NCBI GenBank assembly: GCA_003222085.1
Contig: QHUK01000010.1
Location: forward strand, 145,801 to 209,800
Reading direction: 5' to 3'
DNA length: 64,000 nt
From: Gemmatimonadota bacterium
Lineage (GTDB): Bacteria > Gemmatimonadota > Gemmatimonadetes > Gemmatimonadales > GWC2-71-9
The translations under genes and the position numbers were made by a program. Of this stretch, positions 61,113 through 64,000 are shown piece by piece. The notes under the pieces were generated by a model. It was not told where the DNA came from, searched no databases, and saw nothing but the letters and a program-made list of their open reading frames with translations. Numbering within the stretch: the first letter of the stretch is position 1; each line of letters starts with the position of its first letter.

Positions 61113-61601
61113 CTACCGCCCTGCGGATGCCGGCTCGACGAGGGCAGAGCCGTCAGGGGCCTGGGGCCCCGGGAACACGCTCGCGCGCGGGTCCTGGAAT
61201 GAGACGAACGGCACACCGGTCTGGACGACAGGATTCGGGAAGGGGACGGGCGGGAGCACCGGGGAACGCGCGACTTCGGGGCGCCTGACGCCTTCGAGCG
61301 CCAACATCGCGAGCGCCGCCGCGATGACCAGCGCCACCGCTACGCCGGCACTCGCCGGAACCTCACCGGCCGCCCGCCGCTCGCGCTCCAGCCGTGCGTC
61401 GAGCCGGCGGCGGAAGTCGCGTGAGGGCTCGATTGTTCCCGCGGCCTGCAACGCGAGCACGCCGCGCCGCACAGCCCCGTCGTAGCGTCGGCAACCGGCA
61501 CAGTGCGTGAGGTGGCGCCCAAACCTGCGAAGCTCGCGCGGGGCGGTGATCAGACCGTCCCGAAACTCCGTATAGCGCTCGAGGAATTCGGCGCACGTCA
61601 T
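61113..61601 (-). CDS. anti-sigma factor (zf-HC2 type, single TM)
   Basis: The N-terminal H-x3-C-x2-C motif (HLTHCAGCRRY) lies about 30 aa from the start. TM segment VAVALVIAAALAMLAL. Located downstream of an ECF sigma gene. Confidence 0.75.
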   Translation of the reverse strand: MTCAEFLERYTEFRDGLITAPRELRRFGRHLTHCAGCRRYDGAVRRGVLALQAAGTIEPSRDFRRRLDARLERERRAAGEVPASAGVAVALVIAAALAMLALEGVRRPEVARSPVLPPVPFPNPVVQTGVPFVSFQDPRASVFPGPQAPDGSALVEPASAGR

Positions 61602-61637
61602 GGCGGGAATTTATTACCGTCGGGCCAGGCCTAGGTT

Positions 61638-61694
61638 CCCCCCCGCCCCCCGCCCCCAGCCCCAAGGGCGTGGGTGGGGGGGGTGGGTGGGGGG
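61638..61694. repeat. abutting C-tract and G-tract block (hairpin and/or G-quadruplex motifs on both strands) between sigma and anti-sigma genes
   Basis: Plus strand reads C7 G C6 G C5 AG C4 AA G3 CGT G3 T G8 T G3 T G6, read directly. Confidence 0.85.
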
Positions 61695-61714
61695 CCACCG
61701 CCTGTGGCGCTGTG

Positions 61715-62371
61715 CTACTCCAGGAGCGGACCGATCAGCTGGGCGAAGCTGTTCCGGGCCCGATTGAGGCGGCTTTTCACGGTGCCCAGATTGCACCCCG
61801 TGATGTCGGCGATCTCAGCGTAGCTCTTGCCTTCCAACTCGCGGAGCACGAAGACGGCCCGGTGGTGGGTGGGCAGTTGGTCCACGCACTGGTCGACGGC
61901 TTCCTTGAGGAAGCGTTTGCGGTACAGGTCGTCGGGCCGGGCCGTAGTGTCTTCGAACTGGAGCGGGCGGTGGTCCGCCTCCCAGTGCTTTTTGATCGTC
62001 TGGAACAGCACCAGCGGGTTGCGGCTACGGTTCCTGAGCTCGTTCTTGGCCAGGTTCGACGCGATGGTGTAGATCCAGGTCGAGAACTTCTTGGTCTGGT
62101 CGAAGCGGTGGAGATGACGGAACACGCGGATGAAGACCTCCTGCACGAGGTCCTCCGCGCGCTCCCGGTCTCCAATGGTCCGATTGATGAAGTTGAGCAG
62201 CCGGGTCTGGTAGCGGTCTACCAGGGTGCCGAAGGCTTGGGGGTCGCCCGACAGGTGCTCAAGCACCAGCCGGCCGTCGTCAAACTCGTGCAACGCCTGG
62301 CGCTCGAGCGCGCGAGGCGTCGCGACTGCCTGGCTCTTCCGCGTGAGGGTTGCTCGCATGGACCGCTCCAT
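61715..62371 (-). CDS. ECF-type RNA polymerase sigma-70 family factor
   Basis: ORF 61715..62377 starts at TTG, so ATG 62371 (or 62359) is preferred. Region 2: DLVQEVFIRVFRHLHRF, FSTWIYTIASN. Region 4 HTH: SYAEIADITGCNLGTVKSRLNRAR. Confidence 0.9.
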   Translation of the reverse strand: MERSMRATLTRKSQAVATPRALERQALHEFDDGRLVLEHLSGDPQAFGTLVDRYQTRLLNFINRTIGDRERAEDLVQEVFIRVFRHLHRFDQTKKFSTWIYTIASNLAKNELRNRSRNPLVLFQTIKKHWEADHRPLQFEDTTARPDDLYRKRFLKEAVDQCVDQLPTHHRAVFVLRELEGKSYAEIADITGCNLGTVKSRLNRARNSFAQLIGPLLE

Positions 62372-62380
62372 GTTCAAGCC

Positions 62381-62419
62381 GGTACCGTTCCTCTATAAAG
62401 ATACGGCAGGAACCGTACC
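62381..62419. promoter_or_regulatory. inverted repeat GGTACCGTTCCT / AGGAACCGTACC around an AT-rich core, just upstream of the ECF sigma gene
   Basis: 12-nt arms with one central mismatch, separated by CTATAAAGATACGGC. Both arms carry GGAAC, the usual ECF -35 core. Confidence 0.45.
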
Positions 62420-62518
62420 CGTCGCATCACCTCCGTAACCCTCGATACGGTCGGCGCTTCACGGATGCAGCGTGGAGTCGGCCCGACACGTCCGTCCTCA
62501 TCGGGGGACGGCCGGTTG

Positions 62519-63061
62519 CTACATCTTGAGGATGAATCCGGCCATATAAAGGATAGCCACCACGGTCTTTGCATCACGGACATCGCCGTCCCGGATTCGA
62601 GCCAGAACCTGCGACAACGGCTGTGGGACGACCTCGATGAACTCGTCGCGCTCGCGCGACGGTGTCCCCGCCGTGAGCCCGCTCGCCACGTAGAGGTGGA
62701 TCACCTCATCGGTGAAGCCCGGGGTGGTCCAGATCGAGGTCATCCGCTCGAGCCGGCCGGCCGTGACCCCGGCCTCTTCGAGCAGCTCGCGGCGGGCACA
62801 CGCCTCGGGATCTTCGCCCGGGTCGAGGGTGCCGGCCGGGATCTCCCACAGCAGACCGCCCGCGGCGTAGCGGTACTGGCGGATCAACAGGATCGTGGGA
62901 TCGGGATCGACGTGCGGGTCGGAGGCGCACGGCACGATGGCGGCGGCGCCCGGGTGGCGGATGATCTCCAGCTCCCCGGTGGAGCCGTCGGGGAATCGCA
63001 CGGTGTCGACGTCAAGCCGCACGACCCGGCCGGTGTAGGCCCGACGGCTTTCGAGCTGCAT
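62519..63061 (-). CDS. NUDIX hydrolase (ADP-ribose pyrophosphatase-like)
   Basis: In-frame ATG 63061 within ORF 62519..63685. Nudix box: GTLDPGEDPEACARRELLEEAGV. Confidence 0.85.
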   Translation of the reverse strand: MQLESRRAYTGRVVRLDVDTVRFPDGSTGELEIIRHPGAAAIVPCASDPHVDPDPTILLIRQYRYAAGGLLWEIPAGTLDPGEDPEACARRELLEEAGVTAGRLERMTSIWTTPGFTDEVIHLYVASGLTAGTPSRERDEFIEVVPQPLSQVLARIRDGDVRDAKTVVAILYMAGFILKM

Positions 63062-63069
63062 GGGCACCC

Positions 63070-63672
63070 TCAGTGGTTGAAGAGCCAGGTGACAGGGACC
63101 TTGAACCCCTCGGCGAGGAAGTAAGCCGCGTTGCGTCGCGGATTCGACCGGATGGGGGAATTGGGGGCAGGGGAGGTGAACGGCAGGAGGCCGAGTCGGG
63201 TGGCGATGATCCGGAGGCGTAGCATGTGAAAGCCATCGGACACGAGCAGGACGCGGCGGCTCTCTTTCCCGGAGAACCAGTGGGCGACGCCGTCCAGGGA
63301 GGCCGACGTGCTCGCGCCCGCCGGCAGCCCGACGACCGCGCCGTCGGGGAGCCCCGCTTTCAGGAGATACCGCCGTCCAACGTCCGACTCGCTCAGGGTG
63401 TCGCCCGATCCCACCCCACCGGTCACCAGGACCACGGGCGCGAGGCCGCGCTGATACAGGGCCGCCGCGTGGTCGAGCCGCGCTCGGAACACGGGCGACG
63501 GCCGACCGTTGTACTGCGCGGCGCCGAGCACGGCGATCGCGTCGGCCGAGCGCGCTTCGTCGTGGGCGCCGGCGAGTGCCACGGCCACGACGACGGCTGC
63601 CCAGCCGAAGGTGAGGGCGACCAGAAGCGTCCCCGCCGCGAATGCTTTGCGGCGCAGAGTCCAGAATGGCAT
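63070..63672 (-). CDS. YdcF/ElyC (DUF218) family protein
   Basis: N-terminal TM segment. Motifs: IAVLGAAQ, VLVTGG, SESDVGRRYL, VLLVSDGFHMLR. Confidence 0.75.
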   Translation of the reverse strand: MPFWTLRRKAFAAGTLLVALTFGWAAVVVAVALAGAHDEARSADAIAVLGAAQYNGRPSPVFRARLDHAAALYQRGLAPVVLVTGGVGSGDTLSESDVGRRYLLKAGLPDGAVVGLPAGASTSASLDGVAHWFSGKESRRVLLVSDGFHMLRLRIIATRLGLLPFTSPAPNSPIRSNPRRNAAYFLAEGFKVPVTWLFNH

Positions 63673-63712
63673 GGGGGAAAGACAACAGGGGAAGGGAGTA
63701 GAGGGAAGGGGG

Positions 63713-64000
63713 CTAAAGGCTCAGCCAGTAGTTGAACTTCACCAAGAGCACGTTGGTCGGTGGATCGAGAAACATCTCGTGGCCGAGATAGTGTCCGAGG
63801 TCGAGCGTGGGGTCGAGAAGACTGACGAACCGCGACTGGCTCCAGACGAAAAACACCGTGGACCCGGGCCGGTACTCCCATCGCAGCACGGCGTTCGAGC
63901 GGAACGAGCGGACGCGGCTGTCGGGGTTCGAGAACTGGAAGCTGTCGGTCGGCGCAACCGCGGGCGCCGGGTGCACGGTGTACACGGCCGTACCGGGGTC
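63713..64000 (-). CDS. C-terminal end of a large outer-membrane-type protein (DUF5916-like); 5' part outside window
   Basis: The frame of ORF 63713..63985 stays open to the window edge. C-terminal strands (VLRWEYRPGSTVFFVWSQ, NVLLVKFNYWLSL) resemble beta-barrel termini. The family call is tentative. Confidence 0.45.
   Translation of the reverse strand, partial: DPGTAVYTVHPAPAVAPTDSFQFSNPDSRVRSFRSNAVLRWEYRPGSTVFFVWSQSRFVSLLDPTLDLGHYLGHEMFLDPPTNVLLVKFNYWLSL

Overview
This is a very GC-rich (judged by eye, not computed), gene-dense bacterial chromosome segment. I found 22 start/stop junctions that overlap by 4 nt (ATGA or GTGA).

The window falls into four blocks:
- 1-13 kb: three Hanks-type Ser/Thr kinases (one partial) with TPR and FGE-like modules, several lipoproteins, RNase P RNA and mtgA.
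- 13-20 kb: a classical replication-origin neighbourhood, dnaN<-dnaA | rpmH->rnpA->yidD->yidC->mnmE. It has a DnaA box in the dnaA/rpmH divergent promoter region and an AT-rich candidate unwinding element between dnaA and dnaN.
- 22-48.7 kb: a one-carbon island. A XoxF-type (lanthanide-signature) PQQ methanol dehydrogenase cassette (xoxF-xoxJ-xoxG plus a coupled pentapeptide-repeat protein and a YVTN beta-propeller) is followed directly by about 21 kb of tetrahydromethanopterin/methanofuran-linked genes. These cover formaldehyde oxidation (fae, mtdB, mch, fhcCDAB) and cofactor biosynthesis (mptG, mptN, mfnB, pabAB, DHPS-like, CitG-like, DUF447, HisA-like, hydantoinase-like, ATP-grasp and others).
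- 49-64 kb: an M20 peptidase, a MarR-GNAT regulator, then a tightly overlapped housekeeping run (holA, SPOR protein, mutS, TonB-like, CBS, ddl, rhomboid), an ECF sigma/anti-sigma pair, NUDIX, DUF218, and a partial outer-membrane-type gene.

I recognised no rRNA, tRNA, CRISPR array, transposase, integrase or phage genes.

The non-coding signals most worth a second look are:
- back-to-back C-tract/G-tract (hairpin or G-quadruplex) DNA between the ECF sigma and anti-sigma genes;
- a dispersed family of CCGNCCG-type oligomer repeats that also sits inside coding regions;
- a consensus-like promoter with a long structured leader for xoxF;
- a TAC/TAG microsatellite-like AT island at the candidate oriC.

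Lineage cannot be established from the sequence alone. Lipoproteins, TonB and beta-barrel genes indicate a diderm.

Coordinates of non-CDS features were indexed by hand and may be off by 1-3 nt. CDS ends come from the supplied ORF track. Internal starts are my inference and were checked for frame consistency.
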